The translations under genes were made by a program, and so were the position numbers. A stretch of 64,000 bases of DNA from Candidatus Bathyarchaeota archaeon (GTDB lineage Archaea > Thermoproteota > Bathyarchaeia > Bathyarchaeales > Bathycorpusculaceae). A model generated the notes under the pieces. The model was not told where the DNA came from and ran no database searches. It saw nothing but the letters and a program-made list of their open reading frames with translations. Shown piece after piece: positions 9,280-19,117 of the stretch (within the stretch, counting starts at the first letter, position 1; every line of letters begins with the position of its first letter). The DNA lies in assembly GCA_963806535.1 (NCBI GenBank), contig CAWDYC010000006.1:1-64000 (forward strand), in the 5' to 3' direction.

Positions 9280-9863
9280 TTATTCAGTCTCTTCTTCGTC
9301 TGGGGTGACAACTATTCTCGAATATCCCTCCGCCGCTAGCTTCGCATTCTGTTGCTGTTCGATGCGATACGCCATGCTTGCTGTTAGAAAAAGTATCTGG
9401 TCTCTCGTGAGGTCTCTGGGGTGCTCCGCGAATTTATATCCGCAGTCGATGCATAATGCAGCTAATTCAATGCCGTCAGGGGTTCTAACGAATTTTTCGA
9501 TAGTTAACTTTTTTTTTGTGCGTTTTCCCCAGTTACTCCGCTTAACTCTAGGACTTTCATTCCAATGAACTCTGGAACTCCAAACTTCATTTTGGCTACA
9601 TCTTCTGCGCTAAGCTTGGGGTCTTCAAGTCCCATGCTAGGAGCTAATCTCAATGCTTCGAAATTCTTGTAGATGTCAACCTTGTTCAGGTTTGGAGTTC
9701 CATCCTTTTTCAAGGCGACATTTCCGATAACTTCGAAGATTTTAGTTAATTCTCCGTCGGATAAAGGACGGATTACAACTTCGGAGTTATCGTATTCTTT
9801 AACCACTAGCGTCTCTCTTGAATTGGTGCCTTCAAGGATAGCCTGTTTAGTCAGTTTTGGCAT
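9280..9863 (-). CDS. Tail assembly chaperone (119 aa, 9504-9863) with a -1 frame extension to 9280 (lambda G/GT-like)
   Basis: EVVIRPLSDGE motif, between tube and tape measure. An A9 run precedes the stop. The -1 frame is open for about 75 codons (KLTIEKFVRTPDGIELAALCIDCGYKFAEHPRDLTRDQILFL...EEETE*) and has no start codon near its 5' end. Confidence 0.75.
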
Positions 9864-9926
9864 TTACCTATCTCCTCTCATCAAATTTGACAGCTGTTGC
9901 TCTTTTCTGCATTAATATTTGAAGTA

Positions 9927-10373
9927 TTAAACGCCTGGAATCTTTCCAAAGTCTACGGTAGTGTCACCCATTTCTTGCCTAATTCTGGTCGCTGTGAAAG
10001 CGTACTCGGTTAGTGCTGTTCCATTCACTTCCATGGAGAAACTTTTGCTTTCGATGTAGCATTCATCGAATGTTATTTTTCCGACGGTGCTTGTCTGATC
10101 TTTAAGTTCAGTGACCAGTTGGAAACTCTTCTCGTCGCCCATGTATTTGTCAAATTTGGGATAAGCCGACCTAACCCTTAAGACACCCGTTACATACATG
10201 TCGCCGTAGTGTATTCCTAGTCGTTCATGAATGCCTATTGCATGGACATTTTCTCTTCTCTTCATTATTTTAAAATCGATTGATTGAAGACCTTTGATTA
10301 CATCTCCATCACATTTTACGTTACTAACGTTTGCTGCAGCCATAAAAGTTGATTTAACCGGCATAAGTGGCAT
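9927..10373 (-). CDS. Tail tube protein
   Basis: 148 aa, directly after the sheath. Motifs IKGLQSIDFK, KITFDECYIESKSFSM and YAFTATRIRQE fit the tube fold. Confidence 0.8.
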   Translation of the reverse strand: MPLMPVKSTFMAAANVSNVKCDGDVIKGLQSIDFKIMKRRENVHAIGIHERLGIHYGDMYVTGVLRVRSAYPKFDKYMGDEKSFQLVTELKDQTSTVGKITFDECYIESKSFSMEVNGTALTEYAFTATRIRQEMGDTTVDFGKIPGV

Positions 10374-10389
10374 TCTTTTTCACCTCCAC

Positions 10390-11761
10390 CTAAGCTTGCA
10401 CAGTGATTGTCGCGTATATGTAATCTATGGCTCTTACGGGTCTGACTGCTAGGTCAACGCGAACGATGCCTTGAGCGAAATCCATCTGTGATGAGTATAC
10501 GTCAACGAGAAATGCTGGTTCTTTGCCATCTGTGCTTGGAACAATTGCCTCTTCTCTTCCCATGCTAAGCATGAACTCTGTGATTTTCTCCTTTAGAGCA
10601 GCTCGTCCTCCAGCAGTGTTCAAGGTGCCAATGAAGTTTTCAGCAACGTTTTTTACTCCTCTAACAGCGTGGTCCGCAACTCGCATAACACTTATCTGCT
10701 CTTTGCTTGTTGTGATCCCTTTTTCTATTATTATGCCTCTGCCTGGTCTGGTTTCAATCGCTAAAATACCGGCTTTCAGTAGTTCCATCAGCTGTGACGG
10801 CGTGTATCTTGTTTCAACATCAGCGATTCCAGTTAACGGTTTGAATGTCGGCGAGTCGTAGTAGTTTAGCTTGCCTATCAATCCTGAAATTGCGCCACTT
10901 AGCCCATACGGAGCAACAATGACAAATCTATCACTTGCAAGAACACTGGTTCTGGTTACGATGTCTTCGATTTTCTCATGAGGCCCTACTGTACCAACGC
11001 CGATGCGATTTTTAGCATCTTTACTCATGTTTTGGCAATGAGCATCAATTAGAGCATGAACCTTAGGATCCCATGTGTCACCTGCATAAACTAAATCGAT
11101 GTCAGGCTCCATTTCTAACATTTCGAGCGCTTTCTCATAATCTTTCATTTCTGGCTGTGCCGTTACGCCTCCAGATAAGGTGATTTCTCCCATGCATAGC
11201 TCTCTTTTTTGCGGCTTTACATCTTTGCCTTTAGGTTCCTTCCACTTGTCTGACGCATTCACCATCTTTGAGCGATTGCTTAAAATGCTGGTCACATACA
11301 TGTCGCTGGCTTTGTCAGCCACTAAGTTGTCAAAAACCTCAAAGGTTACGCCATTTGTTACTTGAACAGACATAGTTCCTGCTGCGGTTCCTTTTGATAC
11401 CCCTACTCTAAGGGCGTTGCCTGCTTCGCCCATATTTTTGTCTTCAATTTTGATGGCATCTTCGCCATCGCTGTTTTTTATGATTCCACTCGCACTTTGT
11501 GACCCGGCGGCTTCAATTCTGGTTGCAAAAACCTCAAAAACACCATTTAAAAAGCAAAGGCGTACTTCTTTAGTCAAGCTTTTACTTACATCAGACCCAA
11601 AGATTTCTTGAAATTCTCTAAAGCTAGTGACGGGCTTAGGCATTAATACTGGTCCTTTTTCAGCCGATCCGATGATTCCAACGATTCCGGATGGATTGAG
11701 TTGTTGCGGGACTATTTCTTTTACGACTTTAATTTCTACACCAGGTAAAATTCTTAGCCAA
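10390..11761 (-). CDS. Contractile tail sheath protein
   Basis: The frame extends upstream of 11643 as ILPGVEIKVVKEIVPQQLNPSGIVGIIGSAEKGP, a classic sheath N-terminus. Probable TTG start at 11761 with a 1-nt indel. C-terminus GIVRVDLAVRPVRAIDYIYATITV. Confidence 0.93.
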
Positions 11762-11813
11762 TTCTCATTTCAACTCCTCTTAAATCCTCCTCAATCTGGT
11801 ATAGCATTAATCA

Positions 11814-11830
11814 ATTTATAAAACTTATGC
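11814..11830 (-). promoter_or_regulatory. Putative archaeal TATA box of the tail operon
   Basis: Minus strand reads GCATAAGTTTTATAAAT about 55 nt upstream of the sheath start, with GGAGG/AGGAG RBS-like motifs in between. Confidence 0.45.
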
Positions 11831-12146
11831 AAGTGCCTGAAAAATACTGGAAAACTGAGCTTAATTTTCAAATAACAACAGGAAAAGTGCAGGATTAAGC
11901 AAAACAGAAGACATGAGGAAACGAATCAATTGGACAGAGTTGGGATATGATTTGAAAAATAGCAAATTAATTCAAATTCAATCTCAGATTTCAAAAAATT
12001 GAACCTTTTTTGCAAGTAAGAAAACACAACGTAAGTTAACGGTTTTCACAGAACATTTAATAATTATAAACCTTAATATTGAAGTGGGATTCTCACGACA
12101 GAAGATATCTCGCTTTCTAAAGAAAATATTGAAAGCAAGAGTAAAG

Positions 12147-13164
12147 ATGTCAATTATAGACCCAAACGATACTCTGATTTGTACGAAGATTTTGATGAAG
12201 CGTTCATTGCGACTGATTGGGACTTGACTATTATCCACTGGAATAAGGCTACCGAAAGAATTACAACCGTGAAAGCTGAAGATGCCCTAGGAAAAAAATT
12301 TACGCTGTCTTACCTGAAATGATTACTGTTGACGTAGCGCCTTACTTAACTTTGCTTCAACAAAGAAAGCGCGCTCGTTTTATGATGAATACAATCAGCA
12401 GAGAGACCAAAAAGCCTTCAACATTTGAAATTTCACTGTATCCTTCTGAGAGAGGTATCATAGTAGTCGTTGAAGATAAAACTGAGGAAGAGAAAACCAA
12501 GAGGCTATCTGCTATTGGCGCAACTGCTAGCATGGTTGGACATGACATTCGCAACCCCCTACAAGCGATTGTTGGAGACATTTACTTGCTTAAAGAATAT
12601 CTTACATCAATGCCAGAGTCAGAAACAAGAAAAGAGGTTTGCAGAGTTTAGATAATATAGAAACAAACGTTAACTACGTTAACAAGATTGTGGCTGATTT
12701 GTAGGACTATTCGCGCTCAATAATAACGGAATATTCAGAATTTAACTTAGATGATTTAGTTACGAGTATTTTACAATCGGTTAATCGCCAAAATAATTTG
12801 GATGTTTCAGTGGAGATCGAGCCCTCATTTACAATTCAATTCAGACCGCTCATTAATTAGGCGAATCTTAACTAACCTATTTATTAATGCTATTCAAGCT
12901 ATGCCGACTGGGGGCAAATTGAAATTAAGTAGTAGCAAAAATGACAACAATGTACAGGTAATAATAGAGGATACTGGTGTTGGGATTCCTGAAGAAATCA
13001 AGGATAAGTTGTTTTCACCTATGGTAACGACCAAAGCGAAAGGTCAAGGATTAGGTTTAGCGGTTGTTAAACGTCTAGTTGAAGCTTTGAATGGAACAAT
13101 CAGTTTTGAAAGCCAAGAATGAAAGGGAACCAAATTTGTTATTACGTTTCCAATTAATAAGTAA
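12147..13164 (+). pseudogene. PAS-domain sensor histidine kinase, disrupted
   Basis: PAS segment (FIATDWDLTIIHWNKATERIT), H-box GHDIRNPLQAI and HATPase boxes (NAIQAM, DTGVGI, GQGLGL). Frameshifts plus two in-frame stops (ADL*DYS near 12701, SQE*KGT at 13120). Confidence 0.85.
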
Positions 13165-13255
13165 TCGCTTTATCAAGAAAATGAAGAACTTAGAGTCTCA
13201 TCGATAGAATGGAATGATACTTATAAAAGGATAAAGAAGAAGCCAAACGGATAAG

Positions 13256-13286
13256 AATTACTAAGCCCAAAGGCGGGTAACGTCCA
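13256..13286 (+). repeat. 31-bp direct repeat, copy 1
   Basis: AATTACTAAGCCCAAAGGCGGGTAACGTCCA, 30/31 identical to 13835-13865. Confidence 0.9.
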
Positions 13287-13491
13287 GCACACCGGCCCAA
13301 ATTAACTGTATCCCGCCCGAATTCTAAACGTATTTATACAAATGGAAAGCGACAATTCTCTTCAAAGCAAAAAAAGTAGCTTCTTTGCAAGTAAGGAATA
13401 AGTCAAATCTTGACTTAATTCCAGTCAACACACGCGAAAGGAAATAGAAAAGATAAAACATATATTGAAAACAAATCAAAATAAGTATTAG

Positions 13492-13782
13492 GTGAAATAT
13501 TTGATAAATTTTGAAGAAATTATAGGGTTACAGGTAGTAACTTCAGGTGCACATATCATTGGAGAAGTAAAAGGAGCAAAAATTGACACCGCGACTTGGG
13601 TAATAAAATTCTTGAACGTGAAACTTACCGGTGATGCTGCCGAGAGTCTCGGAATGAAGAAGAGATTCAGAAGTTCAAAAATATGCATTCCAGTTGGTAT
13701 GGTTCAAGCAGTCGCGCATGTGGTGACGATATCTAGGTCTATAGAAGAGTTGGAAAGCTCTCAAGAGATTTCAGAGTGCTAA
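13492..13782 (+). CDS. PRC-barrel domain protein
   Basis: EIIGLQVVTSGAHIIGEVKGAKIDTATWVI...IPVGMVQAVAHVVTI. Confidence 0.85.
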   Translation: MKYLINFEEIIGLQVVTSGAHIIGEVKGAKIDTATWVIKFLNVKLTGDAAESLGMKKRFRSSKICIPVGMVQAVAHVVTISRSIEELESSQEISEC

Positions 13783-13834
13783 AGTAAAAAATGCAGTAAG
13801 ACTTTAGGGATTGCGTATTAGCGAGGATAATAAA

Positions 13835-13865
13835 AATTACTAAGCCCAAAGGCGGGTTACGTCCA
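13835..13865 (+). repeat. 31-bp direct repeat, copy 2
   Basis: AATTACTAAGCCCAAAGGCGGGTTACGTCCA. Confidence 0.9.
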
Positions 13866-14017
13866 ATTCATCAGCCCACAGAATAAGATAAGTTTTTGAT
13901 GATTTGCCTCCCTTTCTTTATTTAAGGAGAAAAGAGAGAATACCATAAACCCAAAAGAATAATTAGCCAATTGCTTAACTTAAGTAAAAACAGTACAACG
14001 CAATGGAGCATTGATAT

Positions 14018-14989
14018 TTGTCCAGAATTTTAAAGGACAATCTTGCAAAAGCCATCAGCAAGGTTTTGCCAAGATTGGCTTCGGACAAAAAGTGTTATCG
14101 CATATTTGAGCAAGCTGGCTTTCACATTACTCCCAACCATTTCTATTTTCCAATTCCTGATTCCAGCACTTTAAAGGATGAATTGTGGGAAAAGGATTCT
14201 GATCTTATTGGAGTAGACATGAATACAAATTTACAGTTAAGATTCTTGCATGAGGTATTTCCCAAATTTATCAATGAGTTTGATTTTCCGAAAGCAAAAA
14301 GTGAGTCAATGCAGAATTATGATTTTTACCTAAAGAATTCATGTTTTGAGGCCGGCGACGCTGAAGTCTTGTACTCAATGATTCGCCATTTTAAACCTAA
14401 AAGAATAGTTGAAATTGGCTCTGGATTCTCAACATTTCTTTCAGCAAAAGCATGCCTTCTAAACATGGAAAAAGAGGGAATCGAAAGCAAACTTATCGCC
14501 ATTGAACCATATCCAAATGATACATTGAAAAAAGGTTTTCCAGGATTATCCGCATTAATTCAAAAACCCCTCGAAGAAGTAGATTTAGATTTATTCCGTG
14601 ATTTAGAAGCAAATGATATTTTGTTCATAGATTCAACGCATGTCCTTAAAATTGGTGGGGATGTAAAATACGAGTACCTAGAGATCCTGCCTAGACTTAA
14701 AAATGGGGTTATCGTTCATTGCCACGACATTTTCTTGCCTGGAGAGTACCCTAAAAACTGGGTAGTTGACAACCATTGGTTTTGGACAGAGCAATACCTC
14801 ATACAAGCGTTCTTAGCATTCAATAGTGCTTTTGAAATCTTATGGGCAAGTCAATATATGGCTCGCAGATTTGCAGATGAATTAACAACTGTGTTCCCTT
14901 CTTACCGAGATATTTCTCTAAATAATGCAGAAGCTACTCATGGAATAGGTTCAGGCAGTTTATGGATAAGAAGAAGGACAGAGAGTTAA
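14018..14989 (+). CDS. Class I SAM-dependent methyltransferase (Methyltransf_24-like)
   Basis: Motifs IVEIGSGFST, DILFIDSTH, GVIVHCHDIFLP and WTEQY. Confidence 0.85.
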   Translation: MSRILKDNLAKAISKVLPRLASDKKCYRIFEQAGFHITPNHFYFPIPDSSTLKDELWEKDSDLIGVDMNTNLQLRFLHEVFPKFINEFDFPKAKSESMQNYDFYLKNSCFEAGDAEVLYSMIRHFKPKRIVEIGSGFSTFLSAKACLLNMEKEGIESKLIAIEPYPNDTLKKGFPGLSALIQKPLEEVDLDLFRDLEANDILFIDSTHVLKIGGDVKYEYLEILPRLKNGVIVHCHDIFLPGEYPKNWVVDNHWFWTEQYLIQAFLAFNSAFEILWASQYMARRFADELTTVFPSYRDISLNNAEATHGIGSGSLWIRRRTES

Positions 14990-15358
14990 GTTATTTTGAA
15001 AGAACCAGTTTAAGCTGTTATTTCTCCATTAGACGTAATACGAACGGATCAAATTGGCATGTGGGCTTTCTTTTTTGTCGGCACTCTTTCGTTCATCAAT
15101 GATAGAAACCAACCTATGGAAAATGTGAGAGCGAGGAATGGAAACATAACAAACCTAGGTAATCTATTTCGTTTAGACATTTTATATCGGATAAATGATT
15201 AGATCATAATTTTAAAATAAGGTTTGTTGAGAAGCATATTTCGCTAATTTTGTCAAGTCTTCTTTGTACATTGAAAAAACATCTCTTGGAGCTTGCAGTG
15301 CTTCAAAGATAAACCTTATGAAAAGCATATATCTAGAAAACAAAATGAAAACTATAAA

Positions 15359-15682
15359 TTAAGATGCTTTGCTTATAGCGGGAATCTTGTCCTTAGGTTT
15401 ATAGATAATGAGCGTATCGGGTTCTTTGGCTTTTGTTCGTTTTGTTTTCCACAGGTTGCCTGATTGATACGTAAGTTGACGTTTCACTAGTATGGACTGT
15501 ATGCAGTTTCTTGTTTTTTCGTCAAGAGCTTTTCCAACAATAATTTGATACCCACCTTCAGTAGATGCAAGTGCGCTTGGCGATGTTAACTCTAAATAAT
15601 GCCCATCAAGGCCCTTGCAATTGTCAAGAAGTTCCTTTAGGACTGATATCGCTTCTTCGCGTTTCAAAATAATCCCTATCAA
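15359..15682 (-). CDS. Hypothetical protein
   Basis: 107-aa ORF with protein-like composition, in a gene-sized gap. Confidence 0.55.
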   Translation of the reverse strand: MIGIILKREEAISVLKELLDNCKGLDGHYLELTSPSALASTEGGYQIIVGKALDEKTRNCIQSILVKRQLTYQSGNLWKTKRTKAKEPDTLIIYKPKDKIPAISKAS

Positions 15683-15820
15683 TCTCTAAAATCCTTCTCA
15701 TAAAAAGATTCGGTAATGCTTCCTACAAGAGGCACAGTGTGGAAGATTAATTAGACATTTCAATCATTATAATATTGAGGGATTTTTTTGGCGACACCTC
15801 AAGAAGAAATAAAAAGAAAG

Positions 15821-16629
15821 TTGCCGGGCGTCGTCGATATTGCTTATGAGCAATACAAGCGTGATTTGCCACGTTATCGAACAACTAAGGAACTTATGAG
15901 CCACTGATGTTGTTACCATAACTCCGGAAGCTTCGCTTAATGATGCAGCTCGAATGATGGGTGAGAAACACATCGGAAGCCTAATCGTAGATGAAGTATA
16001 GAACGCCTGTGGGGATAGTTACTGAGAGGGATTTGTTAAGCAAGGTTTTAGCTCTTGGACTGTTTTTGAAAGATGAAAAAGTCGAAGATGTGATGTCTTA
16101 TCCCTTATCTGGTGTTTCTTTGACAGCTAAGATAAAAGAAGTTGCCAAACTAATGATTAGTAAGAAAAGCAGACTTGCGGTGTTTGATGCTGGAAGCCTT
16201 GTAGGTATCGTAACTGCTTCGGACTTAATCAAGAGTTTACCTGATGTTCCTGAAACTGAGGTCAAAGTTGATGACTTCATGACAAAACAGGTTGTAAAAG
16301 CTGATGAAGAAACATCTGTGTTCGATATAGCTAAAATCATGGGTAAGGAACGCATTGGCAGTGTTATAATCACCCGCAGGGGAGAACCATTTGGGATTTT
16401 CACTGAACGAGACCTGCTAACAAATTTCTTAGCCAAAGGCAAAGCGTTGTTTACAGAGGTAGGACCTGAATGTTCACGACCTCTAACCATGATTCCTGCC
16501 GGCACAAGCGTTCATAGAGCTGCCGCTACAATGGCTCTAAAACACATACGACGTTTGCCAGTAGTCAAAGACGAAAAGTTAATAGGCATTATTACTGCAC
16601 GCGACCTCGTCGAAGCTTACACAAAATAA
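15821..16629 (+). CDS. Tandem CBS-domain protein (N-terminus frameshifted)
   Basis: Motifs GIVTERDL, GIVTASDL, GIFTERDL and GIITARDL. An upstream frame gives TDVVTITPEASLNDAARMMGEKHIGSLIV. Confidence 0.85.
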
Positions 16630-16632
16630 TCT

Positions 16633-16677
16633 TCTATCTTTTTTTGTGTTAGAAACGATACAATACAAAAAAATAGA
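16633..16677. terminator. Putative bidirectional terminator (T-tract/A-tract inverted repeat)
   Basis: TCTATCTTTTTTTGTGTT...AATACAAAAAAATAGA between convergent genes. Confidence 0.45.
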
Positions 16678-16701
16678 TGTCATTCTTCTGCTTTTTTATA
16701 T

Positions 16702-17394
16702 TTAATTTTTAGAAACTTTCATCACAAAATTCCAATCTATGTATTTTTCCCAAAATTCTTTAAATGACTTTCTGTATTTTGGTAACCTGGATCTTCCTCT
16801 CCAAGTGCTATTGTTTGCAAACTTTTTTATTTCGGCTGATGGTCCGAAATAAGGAATCGCGTTTTTTTCACTCAGAATGAAAGGTGGATACCCATAGTAC
16901 ATGTTGATCCAACTAGAAATAATGCTGCCTGTTCTATGATTGCCTTCAATAAACAATTGGGGGTATCCAAGTATTGCGACATATACTTCTGATGCCACTT
17001 TTAGTGGATGAGGCTCATTCTTCATATGGTTGACGTACCAATGAATGATTGGATCAATGTTTCTGTAATATTTTTTTGAATTAGCAGTAATTGCTTTAAC
17101 ATATTCTTGCCTTAATCGAGTATCTAACCCGTAATGCACTAAATTATTTAATTCGCAAATGTCTTCAAGACTTTCTTTTGAGAAAGGTTCAATGCCCTCA
17201 CTAAGTAAAATGTCTAAAAAACCATAGGCACTCATCATTTTTGATTTAATATCGGCGTTGAAGGGCGTATCTTTTCTTCCTATCTTTCTTGAATCTAATT
17301 CATCATCAATCTTTTTCCAATTTTTTTCCACGCTGGTCAAAGATTGCTCAACTTTATCCAAATTTAATCTCAATACATCTTTTTCTTTACGCAT
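16702..17394 (-). CDS. Fic/Doc-like protein with a degenerate motif
   Basis: YPQLFIEGNHRTG resembles the Fic motif HPFxDGNGR but lacks the catalytic His. Confidence 0.6.
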   Translation of the reverse strand: MRKEKDVLRLNLDKVEQSLTSVEKNWKKIDDELDSRKIGRKDTPFNADIKSKMMSAYGFLDILLSEGIEPFSKESLEDICELNNLVHYGLDTRLRQEYVKAITANSKKYYRNIDPIIHWYVNHMKNEPHPLKVASEVYVAILGYPQLFIEGNHRTGSIISSWINMYYGYPPFILSEKNAIPYFGPSAEIKKFANNSTWRGRSRLPKYRKSFKEFWEKYIDWNFVMKVSKN

Positions 17395-17462
17395 TAACCT
17401 ATCTGGAGTATTTTCATATCTAAAATAGATTGCTTGAAGGCTCTTTGTAGATTGGATAATAA

Positions 17463-17993
17463 CTACAATTGTAGATTAGCCGATTCTATTTTTCTGCGAA
17501 GGATCCTTGACCGAGTTTCAGAATAAACTTTCTTGTCTGCTACTGGAAGATCGAGATCTTTGGCGGTTAGGACTAAAATTTTTTGTACGAGTATTTGGGC
17601 GGCTTTTGCGATTTCTTTTACAGGCAATTTTGTTTGGTCGCATATGCCTAAGCAGCAGCTTGAAAATGGAAAATTTAGTTCCAATTCTATTCTGTTGTTC
17701 TCGTAGTCATAGTCAGCTATGGTGAATGGTTCCAATCGACAAACGGAAGGTCTCAATTCGTAAATTGCACATTTATTGTTTTTTGTAAGAAAAAAGCAGC
17801 TGTCATCTTTTTTTCGGCGTATCCAAGCAATTCCTGTTTCGTTAGGATGTTCTAAAAAATTCTTGAAGCCTCTTGATTCTATCAGTTTTTGTTCTTTCGC
17901 GTTTACATCTGGTGGCTGCATGCGGCAGCACACTCCACAGTTTTTACATTGAAAGCCTACAGAATCAGGGAAGATAACGTTCTCGAAGTTCAA
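17463..17993 (-). CDS. YkgJ-family cysteine-cluster protein
   Basis: CKNCGVCC...CFFL...CAIYELRPSVCRLEPF. Confidence 0.88.
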   Translation of the reverse strand: MNFENVIFPDSVGFQCKNCGVCCRMQPPDVNAKEQKLIESRGFKNFLEHPNETGIAWIRRKKDDSCFFLTKNNKCAIYELRPSVCRLEPFTIADYDYENNRIELELNFPFSSCCLGICDQTKLPVKEIAKAAQILVQKILVLTAKDLDLPVADKKVYSETRSRILRRKIESANLQL

Positions 17994-18603
17994 GGTAAAT
18001 GAGATTAGGAAAAATGGTTTATTTAGGTTATGTGCTAAAAAACAATGTTCTGAGAGGAATCGTTATGAGGTACGGTGTCTAATTCTTGATTCATTAGCAT
18101 CGTTATGAGGAGTGGCGTTTTTGACTGTTAAGACTCTGCTTTGCGGTTGTGTTTATGAGGAAACTGAGTGGATGCTTGTCAGAATAAAAGAATGTGAAAA
18201 GCACCATAAAGATAGAAACAAAAAAGTAGAGTACAGGCCAAAATCGGAATGTTGTAGAAACGATACCAGAGGCGAATAAATCTACAACAAACACAAATGC
18301 CGATTTCGTTACTAGCCGTTTGAAGAAACGGTTGGAGCTGTTGAAGTTTGAACAGGAGGTTGTGTTGGCGTCTGTGTGGGATTTAGTAATGGGCTCAAGT
18401 TTTGATAAGGCTTTGAGGAACCCGTAAAATTGGCATAAACGAAAACCAATGTGATTATTAAAGAAAATATTACAAGGGCTGCCAAAGCTTTCTTATTAAT
18501 GTCTTTTCACCGATTTGCTATTTCGTAATAGTTACATAAATAATTTTAGCAAAAAAACCAGTTTGGAATGTGTTTTTTCTTGGCTTCTTCAATTCAACAG
18601 AGG

Positions 18604-18915
18604 TTATTCTTGATATTTAGGTCGCTTAGATTCTCTCTGCCAAAAATCATGATCAGCAACCAAAATTACTTGAACCTCAACTACATTTCTTGGATTAGTT
18701 ATAGCAGCTCTGAATTTAAGGGATAAATCAGGTTTATGCACAAATGCCATTCTGGCCTCTTCAGCTCGATCCGCTATGCGCTCTTGTTTTTTATTAGCGT
18801 AACCTCGGTACTTCACACTTTTTCCTTCGACGATAGCTTTGTCAAAATCGTCTTTAGTGCATTGAATTAGTTTTTCCCCGTCTCGAATGAACCAGAATGG
18901 AGAGGTCTTTGGCAT
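18604..18915 (-). CDS. Hypothetical protein
   Basis: 103-aa ORF with an ATG start and an upstream AT-rich TATA-like motif. Confidence 0.55.
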   Translation of the reverse strand: MPKTSPFWFIRDGEKLIQCTKDDFDKAIVEGKSVKYRGYANKKQERIADRAEEARMAFVHKPDLSLKFRAAITNPRNVVEVQVILVADHDFWQRESKRPKYQE

Positions 18916-19117
18916 TATGATCGAGGCAATAGGTCAGTTTACTGTTAATTAAGATTGTCATGTTAAATCCGAAAAATGTGCCTCAGATAAACCGCTTTGT
19001 TTTTCAGTCATTTTGGAGAAACAGAATATACTGTAACTCCATTACTTTCGTGCAATTGTCTTCATTGGCAAATTATTAATTTCTGATCTTGTTAAAATTG
19101 GTAGCTAAAAGAAAAGG

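Noticed and set aside
226-11761. Intact provirus or type VI secretion system
   Set aside because: No capsid, portal, terminase, integrase or replication genes, and no TssJLM/ClpV or split TssB/C sheath in the window. The left flank remains unseen.
746-11821. Many plus-strand ORFs overlapping the tail genes
   Set aside because: Antisense shadows of the real minus-strand genes.
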